Part shown: in pieces, positions 23,142 to 36,231 of the stretch | Layout: every line of letters begins with the position of its first letter | How positions within the stretch are numbered: the first letter of the stretch is position 1 | Origin: Utricularia gibba | Lineage: Eukaryota; Plantae; Magnoliophyta | NCBI GenBank assembly: GCA_002189035.1 | Contig: NEEC01000007.1 | Location: 3,410,001-3,474,000 of the forward strand | Direction: 5' to 3' | DNA length: 64,000 nucleotides | Notes under the pieces: generated by a model | The model's input: the letters and a program-made list of their open reading frames with translations, nothing else | Database searches by the model: none | Told to the model about the DNA's origin: nothing | Made by a program: the position numbers and the translations under genes

Positions 23142-25827
23142 ATGATCGGCGATGGATCGCAAGTCCCATCTCGGTAAAAAGTTCAGTTTTTTTATTTTAA
23201 TTCTCCTCAGGGTTCATTTGCCCAGAAGTTGCGATTTCGTGTGGTATGCTTGTCCACAAATGTGTCATCCCGTAGGAATGAATTGCTGGGTATGGTCAGA
23301 AAGCACTCAAAGTCGTTGCAGGAAACAGCGTTAGACGTGAACGAGAAGGATGATGTCGAAATGGATCCGCGTTTCTGGCATGATTTAACCGATTTGTACT
23401 TTTTTCGTGTTCGGGAGGCCGGAGGCCGTGAGGATGATGATCTTGTGTTCTTTGTAAAGAAAATGGCGAGTCTTTACTCTTTACACGCCTCTGTAATTGT
23501 TCTAGTTTTGCATGTGGGCTTGTGATTGAAAGGATTAATCGATGTTGATGTGTTTGCAGACACCAAGCCATGGCGGCAATGCTGGTGGTGATTCTCCGTA
23601 CTTTGTCCGCAGGTGGGCACCCAAGGTAAAGGAACCACACATGTGATGATGGACTCATCTTTCTGCATTATGTCCCGCGTTCGGGATTTTAGATTCCGGA
23701 TTGAAAATTGAGACCGCGAATAGAACTAGATTGTTTATTGATGATGATTACAACCTTCATCTTGATTAAAATGAAAATTTAACGTCAACAAGCGTGATGG
23801 AAAACAGGCTATCATTTTTACAACATGAATTTCCAGTTATGCATGCCTGACAAAATTTAGTTTATTGGTACAGTTGGATGACTTGATAAGTGAGGTTTCA
23901 ATGATCATAGACTGGAGGAGATCGTTCTTACTCAATTTGATTGCTCATACTTGCTTCAGTGTGACCGTTGCAATATGCAGGTAATTGAAAACTGCATGAA
24001 TCCTTCTTGAGGGGATTTCGTTTGTTTTAGCTTCATCTAGAACTGTTTGAATATTTTGTTGAGATTGGTACTTGAATTCATGTATCACTTATTTCTGAAG
24101 CTTGTGAATTTTTATATTGCCTATAGTCATCAGGTCCTTCAGCAATATCAGGCAGACCAAGTCAAAAGTTTGTCTCCCATCTATAAGGTATCTGATATTG
24201 TAATCTATATCATTGCATACTTCCAGGTTATTTTGCCATTTTTCAGACGATGATCTTGTCTAATAGATTCTGTTAGTTGCAAGGCTTTTCAGTTTGCTTT
24301 TTAATACAGGAGGGTGTGAAAAGTAACATGGTGCATTGTAGTTTAGGAACATTTATTGGTGCACTTGTGTTCTCAGTGACTGACTTGATATTTTAGATTA
24401 CTCTAATAATATCCCGGACAGCAATCTGATGCATTAGTGTTTTCCCTAACTGTATTCTGTTGAATAGGTTGTGAAGATGGTGTACGCTTCTCCAAGTCGC
24501 ATTAATTTCCATTTGGACTCTAGGAAGGCAAGTTATGTCATATGAACCATCTGAATGACCCAATGTTCTATACCTTTTCCATTTTCTGCATCTGTTTTGT
24601 AGTTACAATTGTCATCATTCAGGATGACGAAACAGAACCTGCATATCCAGATATATGTTTTGCTGTGGATGACTTTGATTCAACATTTGATGCTGTGGTA
24701 AGGTGGATGCTACTATTTTTTTTCTTCTTACCAGAGGGTTACACATTTTTCGGTGGCCCTGAAGGTTTTGGTCACTAAGATTCATTTGTCTTAGTTTCTA
24801 TCCACAGTAACTGTTGGCTCATCCATGAAATCAAAGCTTATATTATTGTAGGTGTTGACTGATACGGACCACTGCTATTGTGTACTACTAAATGCAAATG
24901 ACGGGGCAGCGTTTCCTCATGATACAAATCAAGTGCAAGTCACAGAGTCGAAGACTTCTGCTTCAGAGGACCACCACTCGACACATGGAAAGGTTAAGAA
25001 GTCCAAGGTATGTTGCTGTTATTTGCATAGGTTACAACTTTTTTTCCCCGGAAATCTGATAACAGAAGCATCTGGTACAGGTCACCCTTTTCTCAGGGTT
25101 CGTCAGCTATCAAATGGTCAGAGAAGCATATGACTGTAATGATTTCCTCATACTGAAGCTATCTTTGTCATGTTTTTCTGCGTAATTTTCATGGTTAATT
25201 GGAACCTCTTCAAACTTGACTGAACAATCTTCCTTTGAAATTTTTGTTTTTTTCATCTTGTTTTCATCTAATTTTCAGCTGGAAGACCTGGTTTTGGAAG
25301 CCTTTTGTCATTTGGCCATTCGTCTGGGAAAACTGACAGGATTTTCATGAAAGGTCCTGGTGGCCGTGGCGAAGTAGAGGTAGCTGTGTCTGGTATTCTA
25401 GGCAAGTACCAGAACTCGCTTCTTTTTTTGGTGGAAGAATCACCTCGTGATAAATGAATTTTTTATGCTAAATCCGACTCATATTTTCCCACACAGATCA
25501 AAGCAAGTCTGAGATAAGCCCCAAGTCACCTATTCAAACACCTAAAAAAGGCATAGGCATTGGGTCTATTGTTCGGACGGCAGCTTCTGTTGCATCAACA
25601 GCAGCAAAACATGCATATGCAGCTGCCTCGTCGGGTCGACATTCTGATGAAGAGATGCTGCCCTTGAAGTGCTGTCTTATGTCTGTGTCATTACCCTGGG
25701 AAGCCATTGCTCATGATCTGTTGTTCAAGGTGACGAGCTCTCCTATACCTTCCCTTTCAAGATAATGCATCCATTCGAACTCAACAATTTCTGTCATCTT
25801 TAGGGAACTCCCCCAGTGTCAATGTAG
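23142..25827 (+). CDS. DUF2045 / KIAA0930-like uncharacterised conserved protein, 12 exons
   Basis: Exons ~23142-23173, 23276-23465, 23560-23625, 23874-23980, 24127-24188, 24468-24527, 24623-24697, 24852-25008, 25081-25135, 25280-25401, 25497-25729 and 25804-25827. They join to give RFWHDL, PYFVRRWAPK, DWRRSF.LNLIAHT, VYASPSR, YPDICFAVDDFD, LFSGFVSYQ, MKGPGGRGEVEVAV and LKCCLMSVSLPWE. Confidence 0.88.
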
Positions 25828-26241
25828 CAGATGCTCGTGGATGACTCCAACGCATTGTAAAGTACTTTGATTGCCGTGTCCTGTAGATTTGAGCTTGCAA
25901 GGCATAATTCCGTGGACGCTTGTGAAATTCTGTTGCTCCTCTGGACCCTACTACTCCATGCCTTCTTTCTTTCATTTTCTCTTGTCACACTGCTTCCCTA
26001 AAATTCTAGTAGAAGCAGAGCTGCTAAGCACTCTTGTGAAGAATTCCGTAGTTGGGATGGTTTCTTTCAATTTTCAAACTTACAGCAGCCACTAAAGGTT
26101 ATCAGTTCATGGCCGGAACCATGGAATGAAATTATTCAACGATGGTGTGCATAGAGTAGCTTTTTCCCACAGCAACAAGCACAAAGGGCGGTGGACACAC
26201 CAACGGGGATGGGATGGGATGGGATGATGATCTCCTTGTTG

Positions 26242-26652
26242 TTAGTGCAGGCGTGACTTGGACAACGGGGTTTGCGATAATCGAATCATTCTGCTTTCCT
26301 CCATCCTGGAGCACGATATGTTTCTTAGTGAAAAGTGTGATGAAAAATTCTTCATCAACCTGAGAGCTCGACCTCTCTTGCTGTCGCTGCCACTCCGACG
26401 ATGATCCCAATCATTTTTATCGTCGCTGCTCGTCGTCGTCACCTTTTTGTACGCGATGAAAAAGGGATCTTCTTCGTCTTTTACGGCCTTCGAAGGCGGG
26501 TGAAAGCTGTACGGCGGAAGTGGGATCTGAATATCTCGGGAGGTGATCGTTCTGCCACCACGTACCGGTGGTGGTGGCAGAGCATGGCGACGATCTCTGA
26601 CCGAGCTCCGGGCACCTGATTCCGAGTTGAAAGGTGGCTCCATAACGCTCAT
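26242..26652 (-). CDS. Small uncharacterised plant protein (136 aa; Pro-rich, EDPFFIAYK motif, DUF688-like)
   Basis: ORF with PF.SE, LPPPP and EDPFxxAY plus a basic C-terminus, resembling a widespread uncharacterised plant family. Confidence 0.6.
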   Translation of the reverse strand: MSVMEPPFNSESGARSSVRDRRHALPPPPVRGGRTITSRDIQIPLPPYSFHPPSKAVKDEEDPFFIAYKKVTTTSSDDKNDWDHRRSGSDSKRGRALRLMKNFSSHFSLRNISCSRMEESRMIRLSQTPLSKSRLH

Positions 26653-27300
26653 GCGTGTGGGATGAATGAGATACCTTGATCCCTTATATATGGAAGATGG
26701 CCTGAATACTCATTGTCTTGAAAGTAGATCTTGTTCAATGAACCAGTTTGAATTCTAAGCCGGTAACTGATGATTTTCCGCACGTCAGATGGATCGAAAG
26801 GATGAGTGAAGCAAGTAAAACGTGAAAGAGAAACACGGCTCGCTGCTTTTGCAACTGAAAAGGAAATGGGCAATACGCAATAACTTCAATCATAAAGTTA
26901 TTACCAACAGCAGCATCAAAACAGACACATCTCCCCTATGCCGCAATTGTTATGTTACTATCTCTCCAAGTGGTTGATCCATACTTACCAAAAAGAGTGT
27001 TTTCGAGTTGAACGGAAAGGGTGTATATTGTGAGAGAACCATGTTGATACCCAGAACAAGAATCAAATGAAGCGTACGAGTTACAATTACAACTGAATCA
27101 GCAGCTACGGGCCCTGATACATCAACCGTGAAGGCAAGGAAACGGGCCTCATCTTTGGGAGATTAGCATTACATCTAAGGCAAAAGCAACCCAGTGGAAA
27201 TCAACAGATACTGCAATTCTTGGTGTCAGGAAAGTCGGTCAATATCCACACTTCTGAACTAACTAGTCAGCTTTACTTTGCAACTTCACATGGTTCCTCC

Positions 27301-28569
27301 TCATCTTCCAGCGCTAAGTTTGTCTCCAGCAGCCCCAGAAGTCCTGTCAGTACAAGAAACATGGAAGGCAGCATCTTTAGTTGTTGCAACACCGTCTTCT
27401 TGACCATGCATGACTTCCAGTTTCCCTGATTTCACATCGATTCTAGTGCCTAAAATTGAATTATATCCATTTGCAGTGCAAGCCATTACTCCAGTACCAC
27501 CATTTATGTAGGCTGGATAAAAGGGAGCAGCAGTCTCTGAAAGAATCAAACTACCCTTGACAACAAGGGCTCCATTTCTCCATTGACTCCTTGGATCAAT
27601 TGGAGCAAACCCATAGCTGATTCCAGTATAATTCCCAGCAGAATAAACACTGTTAAACGTACTGGCTCCATATGGATAACCAGCAATTCCAGTAGGAAAG
27701 TATCCAAATCCCTGACCGTAACTTGGGTATCCAACTTGCTGATAAGAATACGAATCTGGAGTTCCTCCAACGCATAACTTCACATTACAGGTACCGTTTG
27801 TTCCATCCTTGGGAACTGCCCGTTTTACCTCCACAAGCTTCCCACATAGCTCATGGAAGTTGGTCTGCATTACTTCTTCAAGTGAATCCTCAGAGTCGAA
27901 AGTAATAAAGCCAAAGCCCCTTGGCCTCTGTGTCATGCTGTCATGCATCACAACTACATCAGTAATTTTACCGAATTTCTCAAAATAACGCCGGAATTCC
28001 TCCTCTGTTACACTGGCGGACAAACCCCCTACGAAAATCTTCTTCGTTCGAAAATAATGGTGAGTCCTGATACCGTTTCTGTTAAACCCTTGGATACGGG
28101 ATTGTTGGCTTTGTTGCTCGCTTCTTGGGATAGCCCTTTTCACTTCCACCTGCCCAATATTGACAAAATTTTCAGAGAACAAAAAATAAACTGCTCATTT
28201 GAGTCTTTGACAAGAAAAAAGAAACTGCACAACCACTAGACAGCGAAAAAAGATACCTAGAACAAAATGCACTAGGGTAAATGTATATGAGAAGGAAACC
28301 CTAAAATTGGGAACTAACATCCACAAGCACCATACCCTTCTGTCGAGAATCCTGTGCACTTCCTGCAGTGTACGCTCGACGGCAGAGGACTCCAAGAAGG
28401 TGACAAATGCAAAACCCCTAGGAACGCCAGAATTCCGATCCTTGGCAACAACTGAGCTGAGTACCGTGCCGTACTTCCTAAAATGGTCCCTAAGAATATC
28501 GTCCGTCGTCTCCCACGAAATCCCGCCGATGAAAAGCTTATTCTGGTCCGCTACTACCATACCACCCAT
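27301..28569 (-). CDS. Two-RRM RNA-binding protein (hnRNP A1/Musashi-like), 2 exons, ~360 aa
   Basis: Exon 1 28569-28336 (KLFIGGISWET, RGFAFVTF). Exon 2 28149-27301 (VEVKRAIP, KIFVGGL, RGFGFITF, VEVKRAVPK, then a Tyr/Gly-rich tail). GT-AG intron in phase 0. Confidence 0.92.
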
Positions 28570-28820
28570 CAGGAACCCTATTTCAAAAACTGGAAGCGAA
28601 ACAGAACACAGATTTCACAGGAGGAACCTAGGGCTTGCTGGTGGGAAAATTAATTTGGAGGGAAACAAGAGAGAGAAGGCACCGGGGGACAGCAAAGACA
28701 ACATCATCTGAACCTGTTTGTGACATTTTTCTCAAAATGAAAAAGGAAAACAAAGTTTTTTCACAGTTTACAAAATTCAATATTCGTTCACTGAACGGCG
28801 TCGTTTCATATCGAATAAAC

Positions 28821-31800
28821 TAGGGCTGCAAACGAGTCCAACCAGCTCGCGAGCTTTTTTGAGCCGGCTCGAACTCGACTCAACTACAGCTCGGCTTGAT
28901 CGAACTCGAGCCGAGCCAATATCGAGCTCGAGCTCTCGAGCCGAGCTTGAGCTTAGTATTTCAAAGTTCGAACCTCGTGAGCCGGCTCGCGAGCTTTTTT
29001 ACAAAAAATATTTAATAATATCAATAATTTAAATACTATCAAATCAACATATTTAATATGAAAAATAAATTATACCATAAATATATCATAATATTTTATT
29101 ATTTTAGAAATTCAATCAATTCCTATAATTACAAATAGTCTAGTAATATAAAATTAAATATCAATCATATATATTATATTATTTAAAATGAATATATGAT
29201 AAATATATATGATTATTTACATTTGATGTGACAATTCACAATTCCAAATTTCAAGAAACTTTTCTTCTACCTATTAATTAGATTAGATTCATGAGCTACT
29301 TTTTGTTTTTTGTTATCGAAAAGATCTTTGAATCCTTTTTTTCATTAAAACCTCAAACTCAAATCCAATACTCAAACCGGTAAGTACTCAAAATTGTGAT
29401 TCTTGTTTTACTTTTTTTATTTCTTCAAGTTCTACTTTTGAATGAATCTGTTTGGAAATCATTTTGTTTCTTTTTTCGTGTATATCAAATTTAAGCGTAT
29501 GGTGCAGGAGTTTATCCATGGATACTCATGTTATTAATGATGAAGAAATCCATGATGAATTTGAAACCGGTATGAAAGATGCAAATATAGAAGAACATGG
29601 TGATGATTTGGGTGACAATCAAGTTGTAAAGAGATCAAAGAAATCTGATGTGTGGAAAAATTTTAGAGATTGGGTTGATCCTACCCACAATCTTCTAAAA
29701 AATCAGTGTATTTATTGCAACAAGTTTTTTAAAAAAAGCAAAGGTGCTCCTACATCAACTTTGAGAAGGCACATTGAAAGTTGTGAGGTATTGAAAAAAA
29801 AATTTTTGATAGATTTAAACAAACAACACTAAATGTTGTTTCTGATGGAGATCCAAACAATTCACTTGTTATTACCGATGAAAAGTATGATGAGGGAAAG
29901 GTGAAGGAAATTGTAGGAGATTGGATTGTAATGCATGATCATCACTTTACAACTGTGGAAGAGGAAGGATTTAATCGTATGATGAGATATACAAATTCTC
30001 AGTGGAAAAAAATCTTAAGAGAGAATTTGAAAAAAATATGTGTCAAGAGTTATGAAAAGGAGAAAAAACATTTGATGAGTATTCTGGAAGATGTGAACAA
30101 AGTGGGTTTGACTACTAATTGTTGGAAATCAAAGAGCCAAAAAATTGAATATATGGTGATTACAAGTCATTGGGTTGATGATAACTGAAAAATGCAAAAA
30201 CAAGTGCTAAATTTTATTCACCTTCCACCTCCTCACTCAGGTGCTCACATTGCAAATGCTGTTTGGAGATGTTTAAAGGATTGGAATATCCAACATAAGG
30301 TAAATTGTATTACTGTTGATAATGCTTCTGCTAATGATATTGCACTCAAAGATTTGAAGACTTTTGGGAACTCATTAAAGAAATTGCAATGCAATGGTGA
30401 TTTATTTCATATGCGTTGTTGTGCCCATATTTTGAATTTAATTGCACAAGATGGTATATCTGAAATTGAGGATGTAGTTGATATTGTTCGGGATTGTGTT
30501 GAGTTTATCAGAAAAACTGAAAAAAGGCAGATAGCTTTTTCAGAAATTGTGAAGCAATTGAATCTTCCACATAGAAAATTAATTGATGATTGCAAAACAA
30601 GATGGAACTCAACCTATGAAATGTTGGATGCTGCAATTAAGTTTAAAGATGTTTTCAACAGATATAAAGATGAGGATCCTCAGTTCTATAGATGTCCAAG
30701 TGAAAGTGATTGGAATAAAATTGTTACAATGTGCTTTGTTTTGAAGGTTTTTTGGGATGCAACTCATATATTTTCAGGTACTAATTATCCAACATCAAAT
30801 CTTTTTCTTTAACAAGTAGCAAATGTGAAAGTAATGTTGGATAACAAGTCTCAATCTATGGATTCATTCATAGCAGATATGGCCTCGAATATGAAATTGA
30901 AATTTGATAAATATTGGGGAGAATGCCATCTATTATTATCTATTGCTGCTATTTTAGATCTAAGATTCAAGATGAAGATAATTGATTTTTGTTTTGTTAA
31001 ATTGTATCCATCCTCGCAAGTGGAAGAAAATAAGAAAAAAGTGAAGCAGACTTTGCATACTCTTTTTGATGAGTATATTATTGAATATAGCTTCAGAGAC
31101 TCACATGAAGTACAACAAAGTCATGTGCAAGTGCATTCCCGTGAACTTGAGACATTTAATGAATGTGAAGAAGTTTCAGATTATTGGAATGAATTGAATG
31201 ATTATGTTCAAGAAGATGGTATGGATGCAGTGAAAAAGACTGAACTTGATATATCTAGAGGAGAAGATATTTCAAATAGATGATAGAAAGTGTAATGCAG
31301 AGTTTGATACTCTACAATGGTGGAAAATTGAATCTCCCAAATACAGAATACTCTCGATCATGGCTAGAGATATTTTAAGTATTCTTATAACATCAGTAGC
31401 CTCAGAAGCTTGTTTTAGTGCAAGTAGTAGAGTGATTAACCGATATCGAGCATCATTGTCAACTGATACTATTCAAGTATTAATGTGTGGAGGAGATTGG
31501 TTACATAAAAGATTTAAAGTCACTGAAAAAATCAAGATAATTATTTACTGTATTATTTAATTTTTGTCCATATATTAATAATGTATATCTGCAGAAAAAA
31601 GCAAAAGCAATTGAAATACTGCTTTCGGTTGGTGATTTGCAAACCCAAAATGAAATTCACATTATTTGATGGTAATTATTTAATACATCCTTTACATTTT
31701 TTGATGAGTTTTAACTATTAAGTTTTCATGATATTCATTTTATATATGTTTTCATTTTTTTTACAGTTAATTGGGATTCTAAACATTATTAGGTAATAAT

Positions 31801-32160
31801 GGTCAAAAATAGTTTTTTTTACTTTTAAAAAAGATTAGAACTACTATTTAAATCTGAACATTGTTGTTCTATTATTTGATCAAGTATTTTTCATAGTTTG
31901 TTTTTATTTTGATTGTATTTTATATTTAAATAATTATAATTAAGTATTAAATTTATAAGTTAATTTGAGAGTAAAAACTATACCAATAAAAAAATTTTAT
32001 AAAAATTTTCAAGCTGGCTCGAGCCCGAGCTTGAGCCAAGTTTTCCAGGGATCGACAAACTCAAGCTCGAGCTTGAGCCTAGTAATTTGCAATCGAGCTC
32101 AAGCTCAAGCTTGAAAATTTTCCAAAAGCTTGGCTCGAACTCGGGCACTTAGCAGCCCTA
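28821..32160 (+). mobile_element. hAT (Ac/RICESLEEPER-like) DNA transposon, 3340 bp, with intact termini
   Basis: TIRs TAGGGCTGC../..GCAGCCCTA; 8-bp TSD GAATAAAC at 28813-28820 and 32161-32168; CTCGAGC-rich subterminal arrays at both ends. Confidence 0.95.
29518..31560 (+). pseudogene. Inactivated hAT transposase (zf-BED, catalytic core, dimerisation domain)
   Basis: KSDVWKNF..CIYC; LTTNCWKS..YMVITSHW; ITVDNASAND; HMRCCAHILNLIAQDG; TRWNSTY; LQWWK..YRILSIMARDIL..SEACFS. Stops at 30186 and 30810; frameshifts near 29830 and 31260. Confidence 0.92.
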
Positions 32161-32546
32161 GAATAAACCCTTGGAATAATGGAATCATTCGTCTCTGAAA
32201 GGAAGGAACAATGAATCTCATATGCACTTCGAACACAGCGATCAGTCTAAGGCTGCTTACCCTCAAAAGCTATTTACTCATCTGTCTGTAAGGTAAGAAA
32301 CTGCACACTCAACAAAGTGTTAACTCGCAAAAGCTGTTTGTTTGTCACCTTTACTGTGAACATGAAAGCTGAAGTTTTACCGGTAATGGGGACTCCACAG
32401 GCCATGAAGTTGGAAACAGTATGCCCATAGGACGCGGAAAAGCGTCTGGAGTCACTGCTTCATCTCCAAAACAGGAGTGCATGACCTCGGGTTCTGAGGC
32501 ATGGAACTTGAGATAGCAGCCAAAAAATGTGTGTCGTTCCACAGAC

Positions 32547-34155
32547 TCATGAAATTCTGGAGCTCAAATTCACTTCGCTTGAAGCTGTTCTGGATTTGAT
32601 GGGCATGGTAGAATCAAGATCATCCTCCAAATCACTAAAGGATATTTCTTCTTCGTTTATGACTGCTGACAAGGCAGTATGCCCAACTAAATCTGAGTCG
32701 TCTTTCACCCAGTCATCGTCATCATCATCTGTATCATCAAGCACAAGTGCATTCCTCGATGAACTAGCATCCAATCTTTTCTCCTCGGGTCCACGTTGAG
32801 GGATATCCTTGAGGAAAGTGGTGCTGCCAGCCTCGGTTTCACTATGAGGGCAATTCTCAAAATCATGACTGATTGACATTTGCTCCAACGACAACTCAAA
32901 AGGAGTACTCTTGTAATAAGAATCATCATGAAAAGATGAATAGTCATGTGGCGAATGTGAGAATTCTCTCGTTTTGAATGACTTATGAAACTCCTTGCTT
33001 TGCTCTTGTAACTCTTGCATCCACCTAAGCCTCGCTTGAACAAGCTGCCGATCAATAAAACAAATTGTAGTCATCCCGTCTTGCAAAGCAACCCCTTTAT
33101 CAGGTTAGGTATCACTAAAAGGATATTAGAAGCCCCTGATGATGTCTAAAATGAACTAACCTGAGGGGAGGCCAGCACTTCAGCATCATGCTTATTCAGC
33201 CTTGAGTACAAAAGAACAAAATACACCATCCAAAAATAACCCTCGCTCATATGAATGGGGCACAGTTCGATTCGAAGAGCAGCTAATCCTGGTGCCATAA
33301 GCTCAATGGCTAATACATGCTTGTATTGGGCATCAGAGATTTCAAAATCTGGACAAAAATCCAAGTCAAAACAATAAAATGCTAAGGCTTCATGCGAGAA
33401 ATATTCTTAGAAGTAGAAGGAAACCTTCTCCATTTGTAGGCAAAGCGTATAAGAAATCCTAATAGTGAAACAATCGATTCTCAAGAAAGGGTGAAGGGGG
33501 TTAAGCAATCAAGCGTAAAAATTATGGGTGTACCATCAAATTCCTCTTCCTCAAGCAATGGGAAATCCAACCAAGTCTCTGGATGATGCGCGATGTTTCT
33601 TGCGAAGGCCAGAACTTCCTCCGTAATCCCAATTGCGTCATCTATTATATCATTATAGGTTTCCTCTGTTTCCAGAATATTTCCTAATTCCAGGTGATGA
33701 TCAGATTCTTCGCCGTGATGCTCCAATGCCTCATTCGCCTGGAAGCTGCGATCATCTGATTGGGCCGCATCAGGTCCCGAAAGCGATTTAAGAAATCCCG
33801 ATCCATGATCTGGAAAAAGCGGTGGAGGGTTAGGCGACGGCGGAGGAGCGAGAAAGGAAGCAACTCCCCATAAATGACGCTTGAGGCTGTCCCCGAGTTC
33901 CGATAAATCCTCTTTCACTCCACGCGCTTGATGAACAGCACATTCAGGATCTCCATTCTCGCCGCGATAATAAACCACGTCCTCTTCGGTAGACGGCAAA
34001 CCACCACTTTCAACCGACACATCCCTGTTCTCCCGCTGCGCGGCGGATACGACGCTGAATCGCGCGCGCCAATCGTAGGCGATCTTCTCCACAGGCGCAC
34101 CCGCCACCGCCTCGCCGTCTTCTCCGTCGTCGAAGGAACGAAGCAACCACGACAT
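32547..34155 (-). CDS. BSD domain-containing protein, 3 exons
   Basis: Exons 34155-33534, 33348-33161 and 33044-32547: MSWLLRS, GVKEDLSEL..LWGVASFLAPP, FARNIAHHPETWLDFP, SDAQYKHVLAIE, LRIELCPIHMSEGYFWMVYFVLL, ISFSDLEDD. Confidence 0.92.
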
Positions 34156-34615
34156 CGGCCCACGACGTCGTTCTGTGTGTCGAGCGAGTTGCTTTCGATG
34201 TCCGCCCCACGCCCGTAGGAGTTTACAACAATGGTTGAATCGGAATAAATATTGGAACCAATGATATGCCAAAGTTTACCCTACGACTTTACAACAATCA
34301 TTAACAATTGAGAAGAATTGTTTGAATACTGAGAAGTCAGTGTTAAACTTTGAAACTTGAGAGGAATTGTTGGACAGTATATTGTAAAATTATAATATTA
34401 GTAATAAGAAATATATATACTTAATATTTTAAATAATCATATGAAATAAATATTTACTAATAAAAAATAAAACCTATACAAATTACAATTATATAATATC
34501 AGTTGTTACATAATTTAAAATATTAATTGATGATGTTGTAATTACTCTCGTATTTAATATTCAATAATAAACTATTATTACAAAAAAAAGCATAAGCTAT
34601 CATTTTATGGAGATA

Positions 34616-34636
34616 AATAATAATAATAATAATAAT
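34616..34636. repeat. (AAT)7 microsatellite
   Basis: Read directly from the sequence. Confidence 0.9.
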
Positions 34637-36231
34637 GTTGGAAGTGTGACAATTAAACCAAGCAGTATATCAGTCAAATAACCTTCACTTTATACTAATC
34701 TATGAAATATTTTGTCGATCATGAAATCCTCAAAAGCTCAATCCACACTCCAGTCCAGTCACCATAATAAAAATTAAAAAAAAACCAACAAATTTAAGAT
34801 ATCAAAAGCTAAACGAGAATTTCACAAGAATAGAAATAATTCCAAATCAGTTTGGATGAAATCTGAATAGAGAAACAAGTAGTAGAGAATGATTACATAG
34901 GCACAAAATGCAAATTTATATTTCAACCCACTCTCTTTTTCAAGCAACACAAAGGTTGATGTGTCGGAAGGTTATGAATAGCAATGGAGAAGCAAAAGAC
35001 GATGATGACATAAAATCCGTAGACATTCATTAAAGTAACGTGTAGAAATCAACTCAATAAAGGAATAACTGCACCATATAATCATAAAATTAATCCTTGC
35101 TATGAGATTCAAATTGTAAAATTGGTCTCCGCAATTTAGATATAATATTCAAGGTTTGATGTAAAATACACAATTAATATATATTTAATTTCTACTTAGA
35201 GTTGGGTAAAATACACATTTGACGGGTTTGGATTCTGGTTACTAGTTTTGGGTTGAATCTGAACAAAAAATGTAAGATTGGTTTATTTTGGATTAGGATG
35301 TGGTACTGCCTACTGGTATACCCCAACCCCATTCAACACGGGTCACGAGCAGCTGTCTTGTGTGTGCAATCTGAGATCAAATCACGTGAAAACAAATTTG
35401 TGCCTTCCTTTGTACACACACATTGATTGCTACACATTTCGGTGAGATCCCCTCCCCACCCTTCATTCCGAGTGGCTGCAAAAAAGTAGTAACGCATCGA
35501 CGGCAAAAGTTCTTCTCCAAAGTAGGATTGCTGGTTGTGACCTCTTTATTCATTTTCATAAATACATAAATTTATATTAGATTACTAACTTTCTAGAAAT
35601 TTAATAAATCAATTTCCACATTTCTTCGTATTTATTTCTGAAAACAAGTTTAACCTTGAACAAATATGACAAGAAATAGTAATTGATCGAAAACAAATTT
35701 GCTCACTAATGCATAACCTTAAAGAAATTTATGTATCATACGTGTAATCTGGAAGTAGCAAATATGAATAGATAAGAATTGAAAAAAGAGAAAATTGCGT
35801 TTGATGTTATTGAGTTTCCAAACAGAAATAAAGTTTCCGTAAATATAGTTTTCAGAATCGGCTGCTGTGTAGCACTGGGAAGATAGATTCCTTCCACTGC
35901 ACATCTTCTTCTCATCCACTGCACTTACTAGGGATAGGGCGCAGCATCACTAAGTCGTGAGGAAGAATGCAGACCATCCTCCCTTTCACTTGATTCACTG
36001 TTTGGTGTCCTGTCTCCTGTACATGTAGTATAAAATGTGGCGTCTGTGATTTTTATTTTATTTAGATTAAAAGTAAGCGCAACGAAAAGAAACCTAAATG
36101 CGAATTCACACATAATTATTGTTGCCTTGAGGAGGATGGCTGACTAGTGATTATATTTCATTCCGCCTTCTCTTCTTTTGCTTCTCCTTCAATCTTCCTC
36201 AGCAAGAAATCGCCTTCTCGGGAGGAAACAC

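Noticed and set aside
28840-29000. Regularly recurring CTCGAGC units that could be taken for a CRISPR-like or novel array
   Set aside because: They are hAT subterminal transposase-binding repeats, mirrored at 32010-32145. There are no unique spacers, and the DNA is eukaryotic.
33481-34272. 263-aa ORF starting at 34272
   Set aside because: The conserved start is MSWLL at 34155, and the ORF tail runs into intron 1.
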